Under the pieces are notes generated by a model. That model did not search any database, was not told the DNA's origin, and saw nothing but the letters and a program-made list of their open reading frames with translations. From the human T2T-CHM13v2.0 reference genome, Homo sapiens, in NCBI RefSeq assembly GCF_009914755.1, contig NC_060939.1: DNA of 64,000 nt; one strand, given 5' to 3'. The position numbers and the translations under genes are program-made. Shown here piece by piece: positions 27,759-39,608 of this stretch. Position 1 is the first letter of the stretch, and the number at the start of each line of letters is the position of its first letter.

Positions 27759-28286
27759 TGACAGGTGAAGCCAGCTGGATTTCTTGGGTTGAGTGGGGAC
27801 TTGAAGAACTTTTCTGTCTAACTAGAGGATTGTAAATGCACCAATCAGCACTCTGTGTCTAGCTAAAGGATTGTAAATGCACCAGTCAGCACTGGGTGTC
27901 TAGCTAAAGGATTGTAAATGCACCAATCAGCACTCTGTAAAAATGCACCAATCAGCACTCTATGTCTAGCTAAAGGATTGTAAATGCACCAATCAGCACT
28001 CTGTAAAAATGCACCAATCAGCACTCTGTGTCTAGCTAAGGGATTGTAAACACACCAATCAGCACTCTGTAAAATGGACCAATCAGCACTCTGTAAAATG
28101 GACCAATCAGCACTCTGTAAAATGGACTAATCAGCAGGATGTGGGTGGGGACAAATAAGCAAATAAAAGCTGGCCACCCCAGCCAGCAGAGGCAACCTAC
28201 TGAGGTCCCCTTCCACACTGTGGAAGCTTTGTTCTTTCACTCTTCACACTAAATCTTGCTGTTGCTCAAACAAAACAAAACAAAAA
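27759..28286 (+). mobile_element. LTR12 (ERV9) U3-R lacking U5, followed by (CAAAA)n tail
   Basis: tgacaggtgaagccagctgg start; tandem ccaatcagcactctgt repeats; ends ...aaatcttgctgttgctca then aacaaaacaaaacaaaaa. Confidence 0.92.
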
Positions 28287-28680
28287 CTCCTACTGGAGTC
28301 AGAGGGGTCGCATGACAATGGCACACCTCTGTTTGGACTTGCCACATTTTAAGCTCAGCAGCCACAATGGCAGTGGAGGAAGGGGGAATAGTGTACTGGA
28401 CAGAGGGCTCCAGGAAGGCCCGGCTTCCAGCTGAAAGCGGTTGGAAAGGCAGACTTGCAGCTGTGACCTGGCGCAGGGAGGGCCGGCCCAGGATGGGTCT
28501 TTCTAGGTGGATGCCTGTGAGGTGCGGCCCCTGCCAAGAAAGCAGGTCTGAGCTAGGCAGGCTGAGGGAGCTCCACCGCCCTACAGGGACCATCTCACAC
28601 TGCAGCCTCTTCCTTATACATTTTGGAAGTCATGAAAAAAATTCTTCTATTACTGAGAAAAGAAATATAGCTTTGAGCAG

Positions 28681-29095
28681 TGTAACTTCTGTGAGATATG
28701 CAAAATTATCAGGTCCAGAGAGAATCGAGTATGGGACTTCAGTCACACGCCGTCACTCCTCCTCTCCTGCCCCCACACCCAGGGGCAACTGTTTAAAGAC
28801 ACTGTGTTCCCGACTAGCCGCCTCACCTATTATCTTCTCCTGCCTGGAATTTGTGATACAAAGAACAATGTATAGCAAATCAATAGCTTATGTTATTCTA
28901 ATGTAAATTCTCGGTAACAACTTAGGAAGTGCCAGTTCTTTTTTCCTTAAAAACTCTCTTGTAACTGCAGCTAATCTGAGTGTACATTCAGGGCAAGTAG
29001 AATCTATGCTCCTGGCTTGGCCAGCCTCGAGCTTTGGACTCGAATAAACTTTATATTTAGTCATGTTTTATGAATCTTGTTTTTTAGGGTTGACA
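28681..29095 (+). mobile_element. ERV1 solo LTR (MER65-like)
   Basis: aattatcaggtccagagaga, ctggaatttgtgatacaaagaacaatgtatagc, aataaac, ending ggttgaca. Confidence 0.7.
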
Positions 29096-29901
29096 TTAGT
29101 TAGAGTCAAGAAGAGACCAGTGATAACCCTGTCTATGGGACCCTGTGGTGGCAGCCCCCGTTCACAGTGGCACACGCCCGAGTTTCTGAAGGGGAAGGCA
29201 AGGCCTGCGGGCAGCTCTTTCCCTGGCACTTCAAAGGCTGGCCTGTTTCTTCTGGGGCCGAGCCAGTTGCTTCCTCCCGTGGGATGCAAGCAGCTTGATT
29301 GGAGCTTCAATGCTTCATGCGCTGCCCAGCCGGGAGGCAGCTAGAGGGAGATTTATTTGAAGAGAGGATGTTATGACTTCCTGTCGCTGCCAGGACGACT
29401 CCAGATACACAGGACACGGATGCTGCGGGTTCACCGGGAGCCTCCATTTCCCAGAAGATCCATTTGTCTTGCACCCTAAGCCTCTCCTCAAGGCAACAAT
29501 CTCAACCAAAAGCTCAGGAAAAGGGCATTTGTTCAACATCCAGCATCACACTACGCCTTCATCTCCCTCCGGGGTGATTTTCAATCCATTCTGGCTCTCT
29601 CACCATGCCATGTTAGGGAAGGCACTTGCGTGTCAAAGCACAAATCACGATGCACACGTCAGATGGACGCCCACACAGCCCCTGTGTTACACGCGTTTAG
29701 TTTTAAGTTAAAAACCTGCCTGTGCTGACACACAGTTCTCTAAGGAACCAAGGCTTCCGGATTGCTGGGAAATGGGGCAGCCCCAGAATAGTGCCCGGAG
29801 CGTTTCCAACAGAGCCTGGCTTCCAAAAGAAGTGTCTGCTAATGAAGTCTCCTACTTGAGTCTCAGACTGAAACCATTCTTCCTGTTTATGTTTCCTTTC
29901 C

Positions 29902-30038
29902 AAAAGACTACACATTGGGTGCAGGGCACACTGCTAAGGTGAGGGGTGCACCAAAATCTCAGGAATCACCACCTAAGAACTTATCCATGGAACCAGACAC
30001 CACCTGTTCCCCCTAAAACCTATTGAAATAAAAAAAAA
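29902..30038 (+). mobile_element. L1PB/old L1PA 3' terminal fragment with polyA
   Basis: actacacattgggt...gggtgcaccaaaatctcag...caccacctgttcccc...gaaataaaaaaaaa. Confidence 0.85.
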
Positions 30039-30164
30039 GGCTTTAATAACAAACCATAACTATGGTTTTTAAACAAAAAGCCATTTGGCTGTCGCCCTTC
30101 TACAAAGGTAACACATGATTCTGAGCAGAAGGAAGAACTGCTTCTACTTCCGAAGGCCCATGGA

Positions 30165-32030
30165 GGATGCACGAGCAAGCCGCCCGGGCACGGAGGCTGT
30201 CCCTTTTCTGTGCCAGTGGACCCCTTGAGGCCTGCCCTCCCCAGCACCTCGGCCTGTGTGCAGCGCCTCGGCCTGTGCGCGGCCCCTCTGGGCCTCAGGA
30301 CCAGGCTCATCCTCAGCCCCCATCTGAACAGCCTCATACCCCATCTCCTGGGTCTCCCAGGGTAATAGTCCTTAGCTAACTCCTTTTATGAGGAAAGGCT
30401 AGAAGCTGAGATGGGGCAGGGACCCCCTTTTTTGCAGGGCCTGCAGTGCCCCCCACCCCCAGCACCACCAAGCATGGAAATACAATATCCCAACTCGGTT
30501 CCATAACAAAGTCTCGGTCCCTGGAAACAAAGCTCATCCTCGTTATTTGCCACACAAAGCAAGAGCGTTTCCAGGCGGGCGGAGGGAAGGGGCGTTCAGG
30601 GCGGGGGCTCCGCGGGGTCCGCAGGCCTCCTGGTCGCGCGCGGGGCCACGGAGACACTGCGCGGACCCCAAGCCGGGAGGGGCCAGGGACGGGCAACGCG
30701 GGGCCGGGCGAGGCTTTCAGTGCGCCCGGTTTCTCAGACCTCCAGCCGTGTGTGGCGCTGTCCCCGTCTCCGCCGGCAGAAGAGGCTCATTGCCGCCTGT
30801 CTGCTCTCCCTGAGAACCGGCATCCACACCGGCTGCCCTGGAGAAGCGACCACCTCCCGGCTCCAGGACCCTCCCCGCAGGCCGCCGGGCTCGCCCTTCC
30901 TTCCTCCCTCGCCGCCGGGGAAGGTCCCCGATGGGCGCGCACGGTGCCCAGCGCAGCTGCCCTTGGCCTCCCGTGTCCTTACCCACTTCCCTCCTCAGAA
31001 CCCGGCCGCTCCCGTGGCCTCTGAATCCAAGATGGACAGCGGTGGCTTCGGCCCTCTCCACCAGGGAGCTCTTTCCCGCTCCTTTCTTACTTCCCTCCCT
31101 CCCTCTTTTCCTTCCTTCCTCCCTTCCATTCTTCCTTCCTCCCTCTTTTCCTTCCTTCCTTTCTTCCTTCCTTCCCTCCTTCCTTTGCTCCTTCCCATCC
31201 CCTTTTCCTTCCTTCCCTCCTCCCTCCCTCTTTTTTCTTCCTTCCTTCCCTCCCTCTTTTCCTTTCTTCCTTCCTTGCTTCCATCTTTCCTTCCTCCCTC
31301 CCTTCCTTTCCTTCTTTCTTCCTTCCCTTCCTTCCTTCCTTCCCTTCTTTTCTTCTTTCCTTCCCTCCCTCCCTCTTTTCCTTCCTTTCCTTCCTTTCTT
31401 CCTTCCCTTCCTTCCTTCCTTCCCTTTTCTTCTTTCCTTCCCTCCCTCCCTCTTTTCCTTCCTTTCCTTCCTTTCTTCCTTCCCTTCCTCCCTTCCTTCC
31501 CTTCTTTTCTTCTTTCCTTCCCTCCCTCCCTCTTTTCCTTCCTTTCCTTCCTTTCTTCCCTCCCTTCCTCCCTCCCTCTTTTCTCCCTCCATTTTTTGCT
31601 TCCTTCTTCCTTCTTTCCTTCCCTCCCTTCCTTCCCTCCCCTTGCAGCGACACCCCCTTGGCCTCCTCCTAGAACGCCTCCATCAGGTCCCCTCACACCT
31701 TCTGAGGCCCATAAACACCCCCAGGTCCTCCTGCTCACAGCAAATCGCCCCACTCTCCACCGCGGTCCCGCCAAGGTCACAGCGCTACTGCCACTCCACG
31801 GCCCCAGCTCGGAGAAAGGGCGGCGCTATAGAGAGGACGGGCCCTGCCTGCGAGAGGCCCCGGGGGAGAGAGAAGCCTAAAAAAAAAAAAAAAAAAATAC
31901 AGCCGCGCACGGAAATCAATGGGCCGCCCCTCCGTGTGCTCCGCAGAGGCGTGGGTTCTCCAGGCAGCGCCCAGCTGGGGGGTGCTCCGTGGCCGCGGGC
32001 CGAGTCCAGCTGAGGTGGCTGCAGGGGTGA
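30165..32030. promoter_or_regulatory. Intronic CpG island in two blocks (~30570-31055 core, ~31745-32000)
   Basis: Dense CpG (gcgcgcgg, ccgcgg, gggcgg GC boxes) in non-repeat DNA against a CpG-depleted background. Confidence 0.8.
31071..31643 (+). repeat. Polypyrimidine (CCTT/CCCT)n tract with ~77-80 bp higher-order repeat
   Basis: Almost pure C/T; the unit ttcttctttccttccctccctccctcttttccttcctttccttcctttcttcc recurs at about 31350, 31427 and 31507. Confidence 0.95.
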
Positions 32031-33053
32031 CTTTGAGACTTGTGTTCCACAGCGAGGAAGAATTTAATGGCAAAGAGAGGAGAATGGGCGTGGGAGATCC
32101 CAAAGACAGTATCCATTGGTTCCACTAGTTTCTAGAATTTTAATAATACATGTTTTTCCAGAAAATCACCCATTGTGTGAAATCTGTATTTTTTTTATCA
32201 GCATGTAATCGTCTGACTTTAATCTTCTTTACCTCTGCTACTGTATTCCCTTTTTAAATACTTAATTTTGTTAATTTTTGCTTTCCCATTCTCTTTCTTG
32301 ACGCTAAAACTCTACCTGTACTATCAATAATGTTTACCCCCCAAAATCGCCTCCTGGCTTACCAGTTCTGCCATTTTTAGTCTTCTAATTTTGTATGCTT
32401 GCCTTCATGTGGTTCAGCTCTTTCCTCCTTCTCTCCTGTGTTACTTTGTGCGCCTATTACTTTTCCTCAATTTGAAAACAATTAAAATAACTAAGTCTAG
32501 ACATTATTCCCAAGCACAGCGTCAAGGCCTGCCGTGAACTCTGAGGCTGCTGTGGTTCCCTGAGCTGAGCAAGCCGCCTGCGGGCCCACGAGGAAGGCAT
32601 CATAGCCAAGCCCTGGAATGGGAGGTGAGTTTGCTGTGCGTCCTGAACAACTAGCCAACCTCTCTGGGCCTGACCTTCCTTTAAAACAATATTTTCTGCT
32701 AAGAAATTTAAAATGTATAAAGTAGTGACTTAATACTTTGTAATTCTGTACTTTGTCAATGTTACTGAAATGGTATGCATTATTGTTTTTGCCACTACTA
32801 CTGCAAATTCTATTACTACTACTACTATTACTTTTTTAATTTACTTTTTGAAAGAGGATCACTTTTTCCCTCTCATTTTTATTTTGCAATTAATGTATTC
32901 TGGTCAAAGACTGGAAAATAATTGAAGAAATGTTGGAAAATATCCAGTTAGGAAATCATTGAGATTATCTTCCTGGCTTAATATATGATGAATTTTGTAG
33001 CTGTTTTGTGGACTCTTGAAAAGGCCTATTTTCCATAGAAAATGGAGAGAACT

Positions 33054-33372
<319 letters not shown>

Positions 33373-34034
33373 CTATATGTCTAAGAATTCAATGCTCAGA
33401 GACAGATAGTGTCATATGAAAGTCTTCCATGGCAGTGAAGTTTCTATTAATTTCCCCTTATATTTTCTGATTAAATTCATTTTCTCTATTCTGATGCAAT
33501 ATTTTTGGCAATTAGAACTATTATGTTGACTGTCTCATTGAATTTTTAAATATGAACTCTATAAAATATTCTCTATAATTCTACCTTTTCAATTGTATTA
33601 TTTAAGTTGTATTAGCCATTTATTTTTGTTCACAAGTTTTAATTCTCTCAAGTTACTCTGATCAGTTTTAAAGTAGAATCCAGTTAGAAATTTAATTCTT
33701 ATTTTTTGTTGGCTATTTTTATATAATTTTGGTTTAGGTTTTGAGTTTTTTATTCCTTTTTTTATTTATAGATTTGCCAAAAAATAATGAGAATAAATCT
33801 ATATATCTCAGTGACAAAAGATAAATAAATGAACCAGTATCCTTTGACCCGCCTAATAGAAAGTTTTAATTTCTCTCACTGACATCTCAAGAGATTTTGT
33901 GATCTTCATTAATTCAATATGAGATTTTAGACTCAGGTTATATTTGTTAAATTCTTATTATTTACAATATATGTCATTTGTTCAGATATGTTTGGAGAAA
34001 GATTACATCTGATAACTATAATAATATCAGGTTA

Positions 34035-34210
34035 CATTTGTGAGTGGTTACATCAGGCATTTTGTGTGGTTCATGAGTATTAGCTCAGCTAATCCTCACG
34101 ATAATTCTGTGAGATAGGGAGCATTATTATTACTGCTTAGAGCTAAGGAAACTAAGGCCCAGAGAGGCTAAGTCATACCCAAGGTCACACAGGAGGTTAA
34201 TAACAGACAC
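34035..34210 (-). mobile_element. MIR
   Basis: aatcctcacgataattctgtgagatagg...ggaaactaaggcccagagaggctaagt...ccaaggtcacacag. Confidence 0.8.
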
Positions 34211-35089
34211 AGACAGGTTTCTGTAACTTTAGTAGACATGTGAAACTTGGCTGGATCTGAAACTGGAGCTTTGGGATCACAGCCATTTCCTCTCAAAGCT
34301 TTGTCATTGACTATTCAGGAGTTGGATACCCAGGAGTTGGAAGTCCTCTTAATTTTGTTTCTATTTGTGCGTATACAATTCCTGAATTCTTGTAGAAATG
34401 ATATCTGTCTTTATCTTTGTAATTAAAATTGCTGACAGGCTGTGCCTTAGTTAAAATATCATTCCGTTAACTGGGACACAGGAAGTATATTTTCCATGTA
34501 CATTCCATAATCTGTTTCTATGGTTTTTTTTCTATTCAGGTATATTTTCTTCAACTATGTTTTGATTATTGCCACTGTTTATTTCCTTTTTAATTCAGTC
34601 ATCTTGTATCAAACTGAAGTCCACCCAGAACTTGTTTCCCAATAAACAGGCTTGTAGACTGTCACCAAGTCCCTCAAATCTGTTCACTGAATGCTGGTGT
34701 CACCTCACCCCACTGTGGGGGGCCAGTGAAGGCCCCATCGAGTGCATTCCAGATGATGTCTCTGCTGCCCCCGCCTCTCTCTGGCAGTGAGGAAGAGAGT
34801 CCATGTTATAACACAAGTTCAAGGGCCTACATCTGAGGCCTTCAGGCCCCCCGCGTTCTGCACTGAGAGCCTCCTGCTGTGCCTGGCCACCCAGCATCAT
34901 TGAGCGGAGACCAGTGTAACCTTTGAACCCAGGTATGGATGAAACTCCTCTGGTCCCTCGGAAGGTACCTTCATGTGGTGCAGGCAGCTTCTTGGTGTAG
35001 ACCATTTCCACTTCTCTGATCTTTGAGCCAGCAGTTCTAGCTGGATTTCAGCCACTGAAGCACATGTGAGACCATTTTGGTTTCTCAGT

Positions 35090-35483
35090 TGTTATGGCTG
35101 AACTGTGACCCTAGGAATCCATATGTTGAAGCCCTAGCCCCCAGGACCTCAGAATTCCACTGGATTTGGAGACAAGCTCTTTAAAGAGGTGATTAAGATA
35201 AAATGAGGCCCTTGGGATGGGGCCCCAATCCGGGAAAACAGGTGTCCTTATAAGCAGAGCAGGTCTAGACACACAGAGAGGCAGCCGGACGCACAGAGGA
35301 AAGACCCAGTGAAGACGCAGCAAGGCCAAGTCCGCAGGCCACGAGAGAGGCTCAGGAGAACCAGCCCTCCTGGCACCTTGACCTTGGACTTCCAGGCTCC
35401 CGAACGGTACAGAAATACATGTCTGTTGTCTGAGCTACCCAGGCTGTGGTACTTTGTCCTGGCAGCCTGAGCAGACGATGACA
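35090..35483 (+). mobile_element. MLT1A/B-like MaLR solo LTR
   Basis: tgttatggctgaactgtg...catatgttgaagcccta...ttgaccttggacttccag...ggcagcctgagcagac. Confidence 0.85.
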
Positions 35484-35562
35484 GCAATCCAGCCCTCTTT
35501 AGTTTGTAGTTTGTAGTTTGTAGATATTCTCTCCAGTCACTTGCTCAAAGGAGTTTTTAGAA

Positions 35563-35565
<3 letters not shown>

Positions 35566-35613
<48 letters not shown>
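35566..35613 (+). repeat. (GT)24 microsatellite
   Basis: Uninterrupted GT run read directly. Confidence 0.97.
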
Positions 35614-35614
<1 letters not shown>

Positions 35615-36122
35615 TGTGTGTTTGTTAATAAGAAGCTGGGCCCTCTGGGGCTGGCGCCCTGGGCCACGTGAACCAGGAAGCTGGCCCACACAGTAGGGTT
35701 AGCTCCGCCCCCTACGGGATATGCTGGCTGAGTGCGGCCTGGCGACCCCACGGTTGGCGGCCTGTTTTCTTCACTTCTGCCCATTGCATCAGTGAAGCTC
35801 GTCCTCTGTCACGTGTTCTCTTCCCCTCTAACTGCAGGGGCCATGCTGCCCAGACGCCCAGTTCTCAGATGACTTTGTGTGTCATTGGCTCCTGTACTGA
35901 AAAAGATCCCACACCTATGGAGATGGTATTAAAATCTATGAAAGCAGATTCTCTCCAGTGTTTTCTCCTCACACCTCCTCTCCTCGTACTCCGTACTGCA
36001 TCCCTTGGAGACCCATCACTCAGGAATTACTCCCTGCAGGTGGACCCCTGTGAGGTCACAGTCCCAGGCTCTGTGCAAACCCTGCCAGGCACCACCCCCA
36101 GGTCCTTCAAAGTCAGCAGGCT

Positions 36123-36479
36123 GGCATCCGTCAGCTCAGGCTGCTGTGACAAAGCACTGCAGGCCATGGTTTCCCATCAAAAGCCTGTTCTCTCTCAGTT
36201 CTAAAGGTTGGATGTCCGAGATCAGGCCAGGGCAGGGCTGGTTTCCCCTGAGGCCTCGCTCCTTGGCCGTCTTCTCCCTGTGTCTTCACAATGTTTTCCT
36301 CTGTGAGTGTAGGGATCCCAATCCCCTCTTCTGAAAGGATGTGGCCAGACTGGATGAGGGCTCGGCCCTATGACCTCATTTTAACTAACCACCTTGTAAA
36401 GGCCCTGTCTGCAAACACAGTCACATTCTGAGGTGCTGGGGACTATGGATTTTGCGGGGACATGGTTTAGTCCATAGCA
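36123..36479 (-). mobile_element. MLT1-family MaLR solo LTR
   Basis: gctcaggctgctgtgacaaagcac...atgacctcattttaact...cagtcacattctgaggtgctgggg...ccatagca. Confidence 0.8.
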
Positions 36480-39400
36480 ATGTCCAGCACCAAAGTTTTG
36501 CCATGTGCCCTTGAACGGAGCTACCTCCTGGCCCACCTTCTTGGGCACTGCTCTTGCTCCAACATTGAGTTTAGTCCTTGAAGTCATAATTTCCTCTTTA
36601 GCCTTTGTAGTCTGTCACCCATGAAATCCTAGAATTTCTGTTGCTATCGGTATGTCCGATCTTTCTCCATTTTAAAATAGTTTCTCCCTGGCTTGCTGCG
36701 GTTCCGGCCCATGGTGCTGTGTGCACATGCAGATATATACCCTTCTCAGTGGCAGTGGCCTGATCTGCCTCTTTGTCTCAGAAGCCATTCTGCACACCAT
36801 CTCTTCTTCCCTCCCTCCTGCCATCCCTACATTCTTTCCTTCGCTCCATCCCATCTTCCCACCTCATGCCCACTCTCCCCTTAATACTTCACACTTGCTG
36901 AGATGCTTCTGTAAAGCTGAGCTAAATCACAGTATTAATTATTTTCCCCTGCTTAATCACCTTCAGAGGCAGCCCAGGATGTGTTGAGTTACATCGACTG
37001 CACAGCCCATGTCTCTTCCACTTGGCTGTTCAGCGTGATCTCCCCTCTCCTCGACACGGCCAGCCCACACCGGCCTCCGTGGCCGCCCTCCCCATGGCAG
37101 GCAGGGATGGAGGCAGGCTGAGGCACCTGTCCTCTGAGGCCTGCGGAGGCTCTCTCTCCTGTGCTTCTCTGAGGATGTCGCTCCGCCCTACTCAAGGAGT
37201 ACTAGACCCCTCTGTCTGCTGAGGTCAGCATCCCAGAACACGGCTCCAGCTAACGATTGCACTTGGCACCCATATCCTCCGTGCGACAACCTGGTGTCAG
37301 CAGTCTCGGAGCAGAGGTCTCCTCTGCACCCTCTTTAATCCAGCAGCGTTCCTCAGAGCTCAGGAGCCACTCTGGACTTTTCTGGGCAACATGAGGGCAG
37401 CTTTCTCAAAGCCCCTTCACCAGGGCCCGCAGCAGCAGCGGAGAGCAGACCTACAGGCAAGTGTGGCGGCGGGGAGCGTGAGGTGGGGGGGGGTGGGGGG
37501 AGTGTTGGAGAGCACTTCCCCCCACACCAGCCCTGCCACTTTCTCCAGAGGGAGCTTTGTCCACACATCCCCATCGGCGCCCAGCCTTTCTGCTCCACAC
37601 CCTAGAGGTGCCTGGTGGGCTGAGTTTACAGGCGAGCATTGGCCCCACCCTGGCCAACCCTGAGCAGGGTGGCTCTAGCAACCCCCTTCAAAAAGTGGGG
37701 TCCTTGTCACTACTGCTGGACTACGCTCTGGGCTCAAGTGAGACTAAGGGAGAGCAGGAAGGGTCCTACTTAACATTCTTAAAACAGGTTATACTTAATA
37801 AACGCACAGAAAAAAACGCTAGAGCAATAGTGGCAAGGGACTCCCTTCTAGGGAGGGAGTGATAAGGGAACAGGGAGATCCCCTGGTTTTTTCTCTGCTT
37901 CTACATTGTCTGACTTTATAATTTTACAGTGAGAATGCATTTATGCATTGCTTCTCTAGCTGGAAAAATGCACTTAAAATTAGTGACTATATGCTAAAGG
38001 CAAAAAACAAACCAAAAAATCACCTACTAAATGTTGAAGTTTCCAGCCACTTATAATCTCATTATCCTAACAGAAATGCTGTTTGGCTTGTCCATGTGCA
38101 CACATTTTTTATTAACATGCACATTTTTACTGCAATGAAACCACAGAGTACACAATATTCTTTACCATCAGGGGCTTATCAGAGTGGCAGTCAAGCTCGA
38201 AACTCTAGCCCCAATGCCTTGGAGAGTCTGTAAGCCATGAGCTGGCCCAGGGTCTCCCTTGCCTGGCCTGGTGGCTCAGAGGTCAGGAGCACCTGGAGGG
38301 TAGGATGCTGCACCTGTCTGCAGAGGGCCTGTTGACTATTCTGACTGCCTTATTATTTGCTGCTCTGAATTTCATATTCATGGAAGAAATTAGCCAGCCC
38401 TAACTGAAAAACAGACAGAGGTACTCGTGACTCTTTCTCAGAAAGGAAGTCTGGAATAATAAAGGCAGGCAAGCTCTTTTTAACAAGCCTGTGATGAACC
38501 ACATTCTACAATATTTTGAGGCATATTAGAGTGGCCTTTTAGTGTAGAATACCACATTTCAGGAGGAAAACTTTAAGCACAAATAATCCTTATTAAATTG
38601 ACCCTATTTTAGAAATTCAGATCTCATTTTTTTAAAACTCAGGCAGACCATGATTACAATGGCACTGGGGACATAATTCCATGAGTTAACTTTAATTTTT
38701 AGTATCAAACCTTTTGCTGACTGTGAAACCACGAAAGTCTAGTGGGCATTTTAAAATCCAAATGATTTTCTTTCCATTTTTGCAACACTGTTCAGTAGAG
38801 TTCTCGCTAGGCAGCATTCATTCTTCTGTTTCTAAAACGAGCTCATACGCACCAGGAGAATGTGACCATCAAAAAGAAAGAAAAACAAAAGAGAGGAAAG
38901 TCTCATCAGAAGAGTCTGTGTTTGGTGAGGTCACTCCGAGAGGAGGTTTGGGGCTGATTTGATATTCAATCAGTTACCCTGGGCCCCTTTCCTTGCACAT
39001 GGTTTGAATAGCAAGAGACACTGCACAGAAGACACGCCCTTGCATATCTGTTTTTAAAGCTATAACGTTCTGCTTATATTGTTTTTAAATTACATATCTT
39101 GTAGAGAAAAAAAAAAAGATGTGGTCCTGTCAGAGGTCAAGGTGTAGCAGGAGAGAAGAAAAGTTGTGGAAATTTCCCAGGGCCCTCGTCCTTCCCACAC
39201 AGCAGCAAAGCAAACACAGAGGAAAAAGGAAACTAGACCAAGTGAGGAAAGCTGCTGAGAGAATCTGCTCTTGCCTGGAAAAGGCAAGTGGCAGAGACTT
39301 GGAAAAAAGATTAGACTTTCTACGTTGATAGAAAGTTATAAATTAGGCTCCTTGCAGGAGGTAAAAAGAAAGAAAACATGCAGGAATTTCACTTAAGTAC

Positions 39401-39608
39401 TATTATACGCTGAGCATTATGCTATGAGCTATATATGCCTCTTTTGAAATTTTTACAGCAACCTGGATATGGTTAGATAGCATTATCCCTTCATTATGGA
39501 AGAGAAGACTAAGGCTCAAATAATTGCTCTAGAGAGATGAGACAGAAGTTTACTAAAACTGTTAGGCATTAAAGTACTGGAGTTTCCTACAATACTTAAA
39601 ATGTCTTA

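Larger units (their letters stand above)
26693..28317 (+). mobile_element. ERVL solo LTR (LTR47-like) in three pieces: 26693-26840, 27167-27372, 28287-28317
   Basis: tgaagcatgccctgagaaggaccc...agctaaggaatctggga, ggttgctaggtggagg...caataaacc and ctactggagtcagaggggtcgcatgaca; 5-bp TSD atgga/atggc. Confidence 0.7.
26515..28405 (+). mobile_element. MER33/MER3-like DNA transposon split into ~26515-26692 and ~28318-28405
   Basis: aagtaaaaggaaacagatgaaattaa...ttttatttaacctaacatatccaaaatatta on the left; ttggacttgccacatttt...gtactggacag on the right. Strand relative to consensus is uncertain. Confidence 0.65.

Noticed and set aside
27830-28140. Regularly spaced repeats resembling a CRISPR array
   Set aside because: These are the normal LTR12 U3 tandem repeats: no unique spacers, no cas genes, and the DNA is primate.
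28367-28906. 179-aa ORF downstream of LTR12
   Set aside because: It spans a DNA-transposon remnant, unique DNA and an LTR, with no recognisable domain; likely chance.
30717-32013. Long ORFs of 188-386 aa on both strands
   Set aside because: They arise from the stop-free CCTT/GGAA tract and GC-rich flanks, giving low-complexity P/S/F/L or R/K/E/G translations.
38790-39125. Minus-strand pyrimidine tracts followed by AG as alternative OCA2 exons
   Set aside because: No matching donor site or recognisable reading frame; unsupported without transcript data.
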